This document shows positions 9,997 to 19,459 of a stretch of DNA of 41,843 nt, piece by piece (within the stretch, counting starts at the first letter, position 1; each line of letters opens with the position of its first letter). The translations under genes and the position numbers were made by a program. Origin of the DNA: a bacterium (GTDB taxonomy: Bacteria; Patescibacteriota; Minisyncoccia; Phycocordibacterales; UBA6899); assembly GCA_043736515.1 (NCBI GenBank), contig JAYTCK010000069.1, forward strand, positions 1 through 41,843, written 5' to 3'. The notes under the pieces were generated by a model. That model had not been told where the DNA came from, did not search any database, and was given only the letters and a program-made list of their open reading frames with translations.

Positions 9997-10043
9997 TTTC
10001 AAAACTTTTTTTTATAACGCTTTTTCTTCCCTGTATTCATGCT

Positions 10044-10793
10044 ATGATAGTGCTCATGGAAAATTACGAGGGACATCTTTTGTTTACGGACGGGTCGTCG
10101 CTCGGGAATCCGGGTCCAGGGGGCTGGGCAACGATCCTCGTTCTTTTGGGTGACCGTGTTATGGAAATGGGCGGCAGAGAAACACATACGACAAATAATC
10201 GCATGGAACTTATGGCCCTCGCAAAAGGGCTTGAGCGGATCGCAGATGAATCCGGGGACCTGACCATCTACACAGACTCAAAATATGTACACAAGGGCGC
10301 AACCGAATGGTCTGTGGGTTGGAAGAAGCGAGGCTGGGTCACGATGGCAAAGACTCCTGTTGAAAATCGGGAACTTTGGGAAGAAACACTCTCCCTTCTC
10401 GACGACAGAAAAAAATGGGGAAAGATGTTTTGGAAACATGTTCCTGGACACTCTGGAGTTGCAGGAAATGAACGGTGCGATGAGATTGCCACAACATTTG
10501 CAAAAGAGGGTATTCCCGAACTTTTCGAAGGTGATCTTGGTGACTACGCGATTGATATCTTGAATATCACCATTGATGAAGTGAAGTCAGCCGAGCGGAG
10601 CGTCGCTCGCGCTCATGGACGAGCTAAGGCATATTCGTATCTCTCGTTTGTTGGTGGGGTTGCGATGCGACATGCAACATGGGCAGAATGTGAAGCTCGC
10701 GTAAAAGGAAAACCAGGAGTGAAATTCAAAAAAGCAGTTTCAAAAGAAGACGAAGAGGCAATCCTTAACTCCTGGGGTGTCATCAAGCTTTAA
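10044..10793 (+). CDS. rnhA: Ribonuclease HI with C-terminal hybrid-binding (viroplasmin-like) domain
   Basis: FTDGSSLGNPGPGGW, TTNNRMEL, YTDSKY and HVPGHSGVAGNERCD; C-terminal TWAECEARVKG..VKFKK. Confidence 0.93.
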   Translation: MIVLMENYEGHLLFTDGSSLGNPGPGGWATILVLLGDRVMEMGGRETHTTNNRMELMALAKGLERIADESGDLTIYTDSKYVHKGATEWSVGWKKRGWVTMAKTPVENRELWEETLSLLDDRKKWGKMFWKHVPGHSGVAGNERCDEIATTFAKEGIPELFEGDLGDYAIDILNITIDEVKSAERSVARAHGRAKAYSYLSFVGGVAMRHATWAECEARVKGKPGVKFKKAVSKEDEEAILNSWGVIKL

Positions 10794-10797
10794 TACA

Positions 10798-10839
10798 AAA
10801 TTACGTTAATTACTTCGACCGAAGTAATTAACGTAATTT
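10798..10839. repeat. Palindrome copy C (perfect 20-bp arms), inverted relative to A/B
   Basis: aaattacgttaattacttcg-ac-cgaagtaattaacgtaattt; same ends and CGGTCG centre as A/B, with a different but fully paired middle. Confidence 0.88.
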
Positions 10840-10895
10840 ATTTTAAAAAATATTTTGCACTCTTTGTGCTTTGGTCGATTCTCTATTAGGATAGT

Positions 10896-12470
10896 GTGAT
10901 GCATTTTGTGGCACGAGCGCTGCCTCCCTTTCTCCTCGCCTTCCTTGTTGGGGTATTTTTTTCTTCCTACGGCTTAGCATCATTTTGGCTGGCGGGATTT
11001 TTTGCCATGCTCGCTATAGCACTGCTTTGCGTAAGCTTCTCACCTGATCGCGGGAATAAAATATTTCTTTTTTCTGTATTTTTAATTGGCCTCGCGTTTG
11101 GAGTATGTCGCTTTACTTTTTGGGAGGGAAGAGCAACTAACACTCTGCTGTCGAGTCGTGTAAATATGCACGTCACACTTGTGGGTGTGGTAAATAGTGA
11201 GCCGGATGTGCGCGAAGGGAAAACACATCTTACCCTCGCACTACGTACGCTTGAGGGAGAAGTGAAAGAGCACGAGGTGTTTGGCAGCATGCTTACTATT
11301 GTGCCGCGCTACCCCGCTTTTGAATATGGTGATGTGCTACACATTTCCGGCAAACTTGCTCTACCGAAAAAGTTTGCTGAGGAGGACGGACGGGTATTTG
11401 ATTATCCTTCATACTTGGCATCAAAGGGAATCACGTACCAGATGTCATTTGCGAAAATTAAAAAAGTGGGTGAGGGGGAAGGAAATAGTATTATAGAAAA
11501 ACTTTTTTATATTAAAAAACAGTTTAGTGGAGCGCTGGCCCACGCACTTCCTGAGCCACACAACGCGCTTATGGGAGGACTCCTTCTTGGGGGCAAACAG
11601 TCATTGGGTGAAGTATGGCTCGAGCGATTCCGCATCGCGGGGATAGTCCACATTATTGTACTGTCAGGGTACAACATGACCATCGTTGCAACATGGCTTG
11701 TGAGAATTTTTCGCTTTACAGGGTTTGCTGGGAGTCTCAGTGTGGGAGCGCTCGGCATCATGCTTTTTGCCATTATGACGGGAGCAGGGGCTACGGTCGT
11801 ACGTGCGGCAATTATGGCGATCTTGGCACTATTGGCCCGTGCTACTGGGCGCACTCATACGATGGGGCGGGCACTTCTTTTTGCAGGTGCCATTATGGTG
11901 CTCCACAATCCAAGCATTCTTGCGTTTGATCCATCCTTTCAACTCTCATTTCTCGCCTCACTTGGTCTGGTCTACATTGCACCAGTTATTGATGCAAAAA
12001 AGAAAATATTTAAACGCTCTCCGATACTTCGCGAAGTATTCGTCACAACATGCGCGACGCAAATTGCGGTACTCCCGCTTCTCTTGTCCCAAACAGGAAT
12101 GTTGTCACTTGTATCGCTCCCCGTAAACTTACTTGTGCTCCCGATCATTCCACTCACGATGTTCTTTGGATTTATTGCTGGAGTTTTTTCACTCATACTC
12201 CCCTCGCTGGCATTTATTGCTGGGTTACCGGCACACGTCCTTCTTTCGTGGATACTTGCTGCGGCTGAACACTCATCACGCATTCCTTTTGCTGCTCTCC
12301 ACGTACCAGCAGTCTCTTCGTTCATCACGTTTTTCGCATACGGTGTACTTTCGTTGTGGCTTATGCGCGAGCATGGGAGGGGTATCACTTCTCCGACCCC
12401 ACCTTCTCTTTTTCAATCTCAAGTAGTACCTCTTTCGCATTCAGCATCCGATAAAACAGAAATACAATAA
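10896..12470 (+). CDS. comEC: ComEC/Rec2 competence membrane protein
   Basis: FDYPSYL, GLLLG, GIVHIIVLSGYN, VRAAIMA and SFQLSFLA motifs; multiple TM helices. Confidence 0.92.
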   Translation: MMHFVARALPPFLLAFLVGVFFSSYGLASFWLAGFFAMLAIALLCVSFSPDRGNKIFLFSVFLIGLAFGVCRFTFWEGRATNTLLSSRVNMHVTLVGVVNSEPDVREGKTHLTLALRTLEGEVKEHEVFGSMLTIVPRYPAFEYGDVLHISGKLALPKKFAEEDGRVFDYPSYLASKGITYQMSFAKIKKVGEGEGNSIIEKLFYIKKQFSGALAHALPEPHNALMGGLLLGGKQSLGEVWLERFRIAGIVHIIVLSGYNMTIVATWLVRIFRFTGFAGSLSVGALGIMLFAIMTGAGATVVRAAIMAILALLARATGRTHTMGRALLFAGAIMVLHNPSILAFDPSFQLSFLASLGLVYIAPVIDAKKKIFKRSPILREVFVTTCATQIAVLPLLLSQTGMLSLVSLPVNLLVLPIIPLTMFFGFIAGVFSLILPSLAFIAGLPAHVLLSWILAAAEHSSRIPFAALHVPAVSSFITFFAYGVLSLWLMREHGRGITSPTPPSLFQSQVVPLSHSASDKTEIQ

Positions 12471-12996
12471 CAGCGGCGACGATCATGAGTATGATTCCGT
12501 ATGACTTCCACATCATCGCACCTTTTCCAAAGGTATAGCCAATACCAATGAATATGAGCGACCATATCCATGATGCGGAAAGCATGATGGCGGCAAATTT
12601 TCCTCGATGTACCTTTCCGAGTGCAGCAGGGATAGGGATAAATACCTTGATTGCAGGAAGCAGTTTTCCGATAAATAGAAACCAAAGACCTTTTTTGCGA
12701 AATACAATTTCCACCTTACGAATATCTTCTTCACGAAAAATTTGGAATCGTTTCACGTAGGTAATCCCGTGTCGGCGAATTGCTTCATAGAGAAGTACAT
12801 TACCAACGGCATTTCCGAGTGCCCCCACAATCGAGGCGGGGAGAAGGAGGAGTGCACCCGTGCCGACGAAGTACCCGACAACGACATAGAGGATTTGACT
12901 TGAAGGAAATGAAAGAAAACCGTTCGCGACCATTAGTCCGAAGATGCCAACATAACTAAATCCCACAATAATCGCCTCAATATCCATGTGTGCCAT
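12385..12996 (-). CDS. DedA family membrane protein
   Basis: FPSSQIL, GNAVGNVLLY, FRKKG..FLFIGKLLPAIK..IPIPA pattern; start ATG 12996 or 12987. Confidence 0.85.
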   Translation of the reverse strand: MAHMDIEAIIVGFSYVGIFGLMVANGFLSFPSSQILYVVVGYFVGTGALLLLPASIVGALGNAVGNVLLYEAIRRHGITYVKRFQIFREEDIRKVEIVFRKKGLWFLFIGKLLPAIKVFIPIPAALGKVHRGKFAAIMLSASWIWSLIFIGIGYTFGKGAMMWKSYGIILMIVAAVIVFLFYRMLNAKEVLLEIEKEKVGSEK

Positions 12997-13137
12997 TATA
13001 GCAAAGAAGTGAGACAAGGAGTGTGGCAAAGCTTCACAGAATTATCATAATGTGTTGTGCTCAAATTTTCCTTGTCATGAAAGCAGGCTAGACTATTATA
13101 AAAATAGTAATTGTTTTTTGTCAATCTAAGGACAGAT

Positions 13138-14166
13138 ATGAACAAATCTCGATCTGTAACGGAAGTGCCTTTTGTTCGAGACTTTGCATTCGAGGCCCAG
13201 ATTCGTGAACGTTGCGAGAAGTTTTTTGCAACCGTGCGAACAGTCATTGTTGGTGACGACGATCTTTTGTGGGGATTCCTGGTCGCACTGTTTGCGCAAT
13301 CCAGCATTCTTTTAGAAAGTCGTCCCGGTGAAGGAAAATCACTGTTCATGCGCGCAGCCGCAGCTGCTCTTTCACTTGAAGCGAAATGGCACCAGTTCAA
13401 AGGTGACGATCTCCCAGGAGAGCTCATCGGAACAGTCTATAGAGAAGATGGTGAGATCAAGGTTATTCGTGGACCGCTGTTTACGAATATCTTTATGGGA
13501 GACGAGATCAATCGTGCGCCCTCAAAGGCGAAATCTCCGCTCTTAAATGCGATGCAAGAAAAATTCGTAAAGATTCCCGGCAGTGAAGTCGTGGAGTATC
13601 TTCCGAACCCGTTTTTCTTTGTCGGAACACAAAATCCGATCGAAGAGGCGAGTGACACGTATCGACTTGGCCGGGCGGAACTTAACCGCTTTGGCATGAA
13701 GATCAAAATTCCCGTTCATTCGGTCGATGATCTCAAAAAAATCATCGTACGCAATCCCGACAAAAATCTCGCGCGCATCGAACCCGTATTCTCACGAGAA
13801 GAAATTCTCAACATCATCAAGTATGTTCAGGATCTTTCAGGCTCAGCGTTTGTCTCAAACGGCTTCACGAAGGATATCAATGATGATCCCATAGTGGGCT
13901 ACATTGCTCGTCTCGGAGCAGCAACGAATTTTACTGCTGACGGCAAGGCAACCCCGAAAGGTGCCTCAGGCCGCCCCATGATGAGTCTTTGGCTCCTCAT
14001 GAACGCCTATCGTGTTGTGAATGGGTTTAGAAATCTCTCTGCATACGACGTGCAGCAAATGCTTGTAAAGGCGTGGGCACACCGCATGAATACAGAAGAT
14101 GATGAAGAAGCAGAAATGATTCTTCAGGGCACGCTGAAGCGGATCTCACCGATTCCCAGGGAATAA
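13138..14166 (+). CDS. moxR: MoxR family AAA+ ATPase
   Basis: Walker A LLESRPGEGKS; Walker B MGDEINRAPSK; LLNAMQE, PFFFVGTQNPIE, TYRL..AELNRF. Confidence 0.9.
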   Translation: MNKSRSVTEVPFVRDFAFEAQIRERCEKFFATVRTVIVGDDDLLWGFLVALFAQSSILLESRPGEGKSLFMRAAAAALSLEAKWHQFKGDDLPGELIGTVYREDGEIKVIRGPLFTNIFMGDEINRAPSKAKSPLLNAMQEKFVKIPGSEVVEYLPNPFFFVGTQNPIEEASDTYRLGRAELNRFGMKIKIPVHSVDDLKKIIVRNPDKNLARIEPVFSREEILNIIKYVQDLSGSAFVSNGFTKDINDDPIVGYIARLGAATNFTADGKATPKGASGRPMMSLWLLMNAYRVVNGFRNLSAYDVQQMLVKAWAHRMNTEDDEEAEMILQGTLKRISPIPRE

Positions 14167-14167
14167 T

Positions 14168-14986
14168 ATGTCAAAAAAATTTTCTATTCGCATCTCTTCG
14201 TTAATCCGCTCTCGCCTTTCGGGCGGCCTCGCAGGCGCCCGAAAGGATATCGGGGGTTTGGAATTCGAAGAGTTGCGTGAGTTTGAAGTGGGGGACCCGC
14301 TTACTGCAATCAACCACGAGATAAGCTTGAGACAAGGAAGAGACATGGTTGCGATGAGAATGCCGGACCGTAGGGCTGAACTTATCCTTTTGATCGACAC
14401 GACACCGTCTATGGTGTTTGGCGCAGAAGGAGAAAAAAAACTGCAGCAGGCTGAAGAACTGCTCGTGCTCGCGGCCGTAATTGCCAGAGAGTATCAAGCA
14501 CGTTTGACGATCCGGTATCACGCTCTGAAAACCGGAAAGAAATACCTTTCGGAATTTCCCGTGATGCAATTCTCGGAACGTGGGATTCAGAAAGAATTCG
14601 CGAAATTTACTCAGATTGCTTTTCGTGAGGACCAGCTGCAAACCTTTGACGTCAAGCAGGCATTACAGGAACTTGCCTTGGAGGGCAAGCGTCGAACGCT
14701 CGCTGTGGTCATTGTTTCTGATTTTCTCTACCCTGCAGATTACGGAGAGGAACTCTGTAAGCTTAAGGCTGATCGACACACGGTCATCGGAGCGGCAACG
14801 CTGAGCAGTGCGGAGATTGCACTCCCATCGCTATCTTTTGGCGCCTTGCGCGTGAGGGATAGTGAAACGGGAGTATCCGCGCTTTTGGCCAGATCTCCCG
14901 AACATTTCTTCGACACGCACACGGCGCTGTGGAAGACATTGCGTCTTCCGCTCGAAGTGATGCAACCACAAGGAGATCAATTGTGA
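14168..14986 (+). CDS. DUF58 (vWA-like) protein of the MoxR operon
   Basis: GLEFEELREFEVGDP..IN, LIDTTPSMVFG, VIVSDF and RDSETG motifs. Confidence 0.88.
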   Translation: MSKKFSIRISSLIRSRLSGGLAGARKDIGGLEFEELREFEVGDPLTAINHEISLRQGRDMVAMRMPDRRAELILLIDTTPSMVFGAEGEKKLQQAEELLVLAAVIAREYQARLTIRYHALKTGKKYLSEFPVMQFSERGIQKEFAKFTQIAFREDQLQTFDVKQALQELALEGKRRTLAVVIVSDFLYPADYGEELCKLKADRHTVIGAATLSSAEIALPSLSFGALRVRDSETGVSALLARSPEHFFDTHTALWKTLRLPLEVMQPQGDQL

Positions 14987-16647
14987 ACACGAATCGATTG
15001 TCGGCGCGAATCCTCGCGGCGCTCGCCATCCTTTGGGGTGGATGCGTTGCGTACGGAGAACCGATCGTACTGCCAAACACATTGCCCGAACTCTCAAATT
15101 CATCAAGGGTGCCCAACATGGTATTGCCCAGCTCGGGAATATCAGGTGAGGAATTCACTTTTGGTGTCGAATACAGAGATTTTGATGGAGAAAAGTGTTC
15201 ACCATGCCAGTTGTGGATCGATCTCGATCAAAACGATACGTATGGTGAAAACGAAAAATTCGACATGTCACTCGTGGACAGCACGACAGACAAGGAGATT
15301 TCCCTCGTTGAGTGGGACGCACAAGATTGGAAAGAGTGGAGGAGGTTTGTCTTAAAGAAGAGAATCGAAAGCAATTCGCTGAACACTCAATTTGCATACC
15401 GCTTTGTGTTCAAGGATGGAAAAGACGAACCAGCCAGTACCACCATTTATGCTCAGGAGCAAAAAGTCATCGTCCGCCCCACGCTTGTTGTGAGGGTGGA
15501 CAAGACCTCATATGAAGCAGTTTCTGGCGGGTCATTTCGTGTGGACGTTCACGTCTATATGGAACAGAACCTTACCAAACAGATTGTCTTTAAATGGGAT
15601 CAAGTAGATCGCATGGCGCTTCCGAAAGGTGTGACACTAAGAGAACGCAAGGTGCTCGTGCGCCGGGCAAATCGCGACTATGATGTCGCAGAGCTCACGC
15701 TGTACTTTGATGTGCTGCGTGATGTTGCGTCTGGCACACATCAGCTTGTATTTCCCCGCATGTCATTTGAGGTGAAAATTCCCTCAACCGATCGCAAGAA
15801 GCCGGATCAATCAAAGCAGGAGCCACTGACAATTCCGAACATCGAACTTGTCGTCGTGCCTATTCGCGTGAGCACACCGCTCGTAAGCGCAACAGCACTC
15901 ACGATTGGCTCCTCGTTCAACTACCACTTTTCGGTTTCACTGAATGCGGATTTCAAAGACAAGGAAGCGCTCATCGCAGGACTTCGGGCGCAAACCCTGC
16001 TTCCGTTCCGGGTACTGAAACATGGCGTGCATGTAGGAGAGCAATCCGGACGTTCGACAGAGATTGCCGTCAACTATGTGCTCTCGATTGAAGACGGAAT
16101 CTCCGGGCAGTTCCAGATTCCTAGCTTTTCCGTTGGAAGCATCACCCTCCCGCCTCAGCCGATCATTATGTTTCCGATCGAGCCACCCGGAAAAGTTCCG
16201 GCGAGCGCGAAGGAGATGGAGCAACTGACCAGTCGCATAAAAATGCTTGCTGTTCCGATCATGCCGCAAAATGTGGCGTATATGGAAGACTCACCGAAAT
16301 ATCTTGCAATCGCCGGAAGCGTAACACTTTTCGTTTTCGCTGTTGTGTTTTGGGGAATTCGTCGGAAGGCAAAAGAAAAGGAAGCCGCTAAAAACAATGA
16401 AGAACGTGCGATGAGCAATCTCACTCGGGCTTATCAGGATGCAGAGGAGTCGTTCGCTTTGTCCAAGAATCATCGTCATCACGCAGAGATGTATCATGCG
16501 CTCCGTGCGCTGGTACTCGCTCGTCACAAGCGGACTGATATCGAGGAAGGAGTGCTTGCTCGGGAGCTACAAGAGCTTCTGGCAGTGACTGACCCCGACA
16601 TCGAGAAACTCGCGACACTTGAAGAAGAATACTTTACCACGTCATGA
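14983..16647 (+). CDS. Exported membrane-anchored protein (BatD-like position)
   Basis: N-terminal signal-like segment, Ig-like beta-rich body and C-terminal TM helix (IAGSVTLFVFAVVFWGI); GTG 14983 overlaps the upstream stop. Confidence 0.6.
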   Translation: MNTNRLSARILAALAILWGGCVAYGEPIVLPNTLPELSNSSRVPNMVLPSSGISGEEFTFGVEYRDFDGEKCSPCQLWIDLDQNDTYGENEKFDMSLVDSTTDKEISLVEWDAQDWKEWRRFVLKKRIESNSLNTQFAYRFVFKDGKDEPASTTIYAQEQKVIVRPTLVVRVDKTSYEAVSGGSFRVDVHVYMEQNLTKQIVFKWDQVDRMALPKGVTLRERKVLVRRANRDYDVAELTLYFDVLRDVASGTHQLVFPRMSFEVKIPSTDRKKPDQSKQEPLTIPNIELVVVPIRVSTPLVSATALTIGSSFNYHFSVSLNADFKDKEALIAGLRAQTLLPFRVLKHGVHVGEQSGRSTEIAVNYVLSIEDGISGQFQIPSFSVGSITLPPQPIIMFPIEPPGKVPASAKEMEQLTSRIKMLAVPIMPQNVAYMEDSPKYLAIAGSVTLFVFAVVFWGIRRKAKEKEAAKNNEERAMSNLTRAYQDAEESFALSKNHRHHAEMYHALRALVLARHKRTDIEEGVLARELQELLAVTDPDIEKLATLEEEYFTTS

Positions 16648-16663
16648 CCAAAGGAGTTTAAAA

Positions 16664-17686
16664 ATGGTGTCATTCGAACATGGATGGGCGCTCCTCCTTT
16701 TACCGGTGGTGGCGCTCTTTTTTTGGAAACGCGGATCTTCCCGCGGACTCCGATTTTCTTCGCTTCGTGCAGGGAGAGTCGGAACTCGCTTTGAAGATTT
16801 CTTGGCGGGTGTGCCAACGTTTGCGGTGATGGTATCGCTCATGTTGGCAATCGTTATGCTTGCAAATCCTCAGGGTTCCGTTGAAGAGAACTACAAGGTG
16901 CAGCTCGCATATCGCATTATCGGTGTGATCGACAAGTCGGGGAGCATGCTGGCGGACAATAAAATGGTCATCGCAAGAAAGGCAACGCTCGACTTTCTTG
17001 CTCATCGCAAGAAAGATCTTGTTGCCATACTTCCTTTTGCCGATACAGCACTTTTTGCGGAAGGAACACCGTTCACTACAGACAAAGAATATGTAATGGA
17101 GACTACTTCAGTAATTGATGTAGGCAGTGGCGGAACTGCGATCGGGGACGGGATCCTTGGAGGCGTATGGTATATGCTTCGCGACCTCTACGTTACCAAA
17201 AAGATGAAAGAATCCGGTATTGCGTTGCCGCCTTGGCATACGCTCCGCGATACGCTGAAGCAAGAAAAACCCGAAGAACACATAAAAATAATGGACAAAA
17301 TCGCAAGAGAATTTGGTGCGTTCGAGGGGAGCTTCATTGTGCTTGTGACGGACGGCGAAAATAATTCTGGTGTGCCGCCTGAGGTTGCAATTGAATTTGC
17401 CGCAGGACTCCGGATTCCGGTTTATGTGATCGGAATCGGGGGTGACATCAGCGCGCGCCCACCATTTGTCGATGTGCTCGAAAGTACCGGCGGAGCATAT
17501 TTTCACTCCGCGGTGCCCTCTGACATTGTCCACATGTATCGGCGAATTGATGAATTGAAACCGACCCGCACTCGGACGCAAGTCGTAGTGAGGCAGCGGA
17601 GCTTTCGTACTGAGCTGGCTCTTGTTGCGTGCGTACTCTTGGGGTTCGGTCTGTTAGTCCGGAGCACCTATCTTGTTGTTGAATAA
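16664..17686 (+). CDS. vWA domain membrane protein (BatA-like)
   Basis: MIDAS DKSGSM, GTAIGDGI and LVTDGENNSG; N- and C-terminal TM helices. Confidence 0.88.
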   Translation: MVSFEHGWALLLLPVVALFFWKRGSSRGLRFSSLRAGRVGTRFEDFLAGVPTFAVMVSLMLAIVMLANPQGSVEENYKVQLAYRIIGVIDKSGSMLADNKMVIARKATLDFLAHRKKDLVAILPFADTALFAEGTPFTTDKEYVMETTSVIDVGSGGTAIGDGILGGVWYMLRDLYVTKKMKESGIALPPWHTLRDTLKQEKPEEHIKIMDKIAREFGAFEGSFIVLVTDGENNSGVPPEVAIEFAAGLRIPVYVIGIGGDISARPPFVDVLESTGGAYFHSAVPSDIVHMYRRIDELKPTRTRTQVVVRQRSFRTELALVACVLLGFGLLVRSTYLVVE

Positions 17687-17692
17687 CCCTTT

Positions 17693-18346
17693 GTGGAGGC
17701 ATGTATGAAATCATTCTCTTTCCCTTCCTTTCCCTCCACCGTTTCACGACGGTGGAAGATCGGCGTGGTGGGCTCCCTTTTGGTTGTAGCAGTTGGCATG
17801 CTTGCCCTCAGCTATGAGATATATCAAGTGGAGTCACGCATGAAGTATGCAGACGAGGAACTCAATCTAGGGCGACCTCGCGTCGCAACGAGTATGCTCA
17901 ACGAACTCGATAAAAGACAGTCGTTTATGCTGCTTGCTCGTGTCGGGGTAATTGATCGCGAAGCGTTTATGCGCTTACGTTGTGCGGCGACAGTTCTCGA
18001 TCGCGAGTATGAAAAGGCAGTGGACGTATGTTCGGCCGCGCTCAAAGTTGCAACAAGCGATCACGCAAAGAACGAGATTCTTTTCAACAGAGCAACTGCA
18101 TATATTCCGCTTGCATTGTCAGGAATCACTCCAAAGGGACTCTCGCGTGCGACTGAAGATCTGAAATCCGTTCTCCGTACAGCCGAACATTCACGAGCCG
18201 CCCTGCTTCTTGAAAAGATTAACCTGATGAAGGGGGGAGAAGGGAAAGGCGAACCACAGGCAGGCGACCAAAAAGGACGTCCTAGTGTGCAAATGTTCGA
18301 CGAAGCACCGTCATCAGGCGGTGCCGGAAATAATGAAGGGTTCTAA
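17693..18346 (+). CDS. TPR-like membrane-anchored protein (BatC-like)
   Basis: N-terminal TM, helical repeats (YEKAVDVCSAAL, ILFNRATAY) and low-complexity tail; operon context. Confidence 0.6.
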   Translation: MEACMKSFSFPSFPSTVSRRWKIGVVGSLLVVAVGMLALSYEIYQVESRMKYADEELNLGRPRVATSMLNELDKRQSFMLLARVGVIDREAFMRLRCAATVLDREYEKAVDVCSAALKVATSDHAKNEILFNRATAYIPLALSGITPKGLSRATEDLKSVLRTAEHSRAALLLEKINLMKGGEGKGEPQAGDQKGRPSVQMFDEAPSSGGAGNNEGF

Positions 18347-19438
18347 ATGATGAGCACCGCGCTTCTGCATATACCATATGCAGTCGGAATAATTACCCCA
18401 GTCTTCATTCTTTTTGTGCTGTCTTACATCATCCGTAGAAAAAAGGCGCTCAAGGGACACCCGTCACTTGTTCTTGGTGCAAATAGCACCGTAGTTGAGC
18501 TTGTGCGATTTGGTGCACTGTACACAGCGCTTGTGTCTACAATACTTGTGCTTTCGAGTTTTGTGTATGAAAAACGCACAACAGTCCCACTCGTTGAGGG
18601 TTTGGAAATAGCGACACTTATCGACTGCTCTCGAAGCATGTTGGCGCCCGTTGGAGATGAAAATTTTACTCCTCGATTGAGAGTGGTCACTACTGCGGTC
18701 GATGATGCCCTTCGTCGCTTAAAGGCGGATCGATGGGGCATCGGCTGCTTCTCTGAAAGACTCAACGGAATATCTCCGCTCTCAAATGATTACGAGCGCC
18801 TGCTGCGTCCAAAACTTGATGTCATGGAAGATCATCGGTATATCGAGCTAGTCGGTAAAGGGTCAAATTTTGCAGCCGGCATAGAGGGATGTATGAAGAT
18901 TTTTAACGTCAAAAAGACAAATAAGAAAGTCTGCATTATCCTCTCCGATGGAGAACCCCAAGGCGATGAAGCAAAATTGCAGGATGCACTTGTGAATGCT
19001 GTCGCAGAAATGAAGTCGCTGATCGCACTTCACAAACTCGATGTCTCCTTCTATTTGGTTGGAGTCGGAAGTCCTGAGCAGCCTTATAAAATCCCGGCTT
19101 TTGATGACAACGGAAATCCAATTGGATTTTTGATGGACAGTGAAGGCAATGCGTGGACCACTCGCCCCGACCCTGAGTACTTGAAGAGAATTGCCGATCA
19201 GTTTCAAGGCGAATACATTCACCTGAAGCCTGGCGAACTACTCTCTCGTATTTTGGAAGACATTATGAACGTCGAGCGTCGGCGTGTCGGTGAAAAAGAA
19301 GAGGTTACGGAAGTGGAGATGGCAACACCGTTTATCCTCCTTCTCATTGTGAGTTTGTTTGTGTTTATGGTTTGTCCGAAACGCATCTCCGGTTTTCGGA
19401 GTTTGCGCAATAAAAAAGTTCATGCCCCCACACGATAA
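18347..19438 (+). CDS. vWA domain membrane protein (BatB-like)
   Basis: DCSRSMLA MIDAS, SPLSNDY, ILSDGE, VGVGS and YLKRIA motifs. Confidence 0.85.
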   Translation: MMSTALLHIPYAVGIITPVFILFVLSYIIRRKKALKGHPSLVLGANSTVVELVRFGALYTALVSTILVLSSFVYEKRTTVPLVEGLEIATLIDCSRSMLAPVGDENFTPRLRVVTTAVDDALRRLKADRWGIGCFSERLNGISPLSNDYERLLRPKLDVMEDHRYIELVGKGSNFAAGIEGCMKIFNVKKTNKKVCIILSDGEPQGDEAKLQDALVNAVAEMKSLIALHKLDVSFYLVGVGSPEQPYKIPAFDDNGNPIGFLMDSEGNAWTTRPDPEYLKRIADQFQGEYIHLKPGELLSRILEDIMNVERRRVGEKEEVTEVEMATPFILLLIVSLFVFMVCPKRISGFRSLRNKKVHAPTR

Positions 19439-19459
19439 CGTGCGAGGGCATTTTTTTTG

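Noticed and set aside
9281-10839. CRISPR-Cas (Cas2-like domain next to 40-bp repeats)
   Set aside because: The repeats are separated by whole genes rather than spacers, no cas1 or effector is present, and the protein has the wHTH-PaaX architecture
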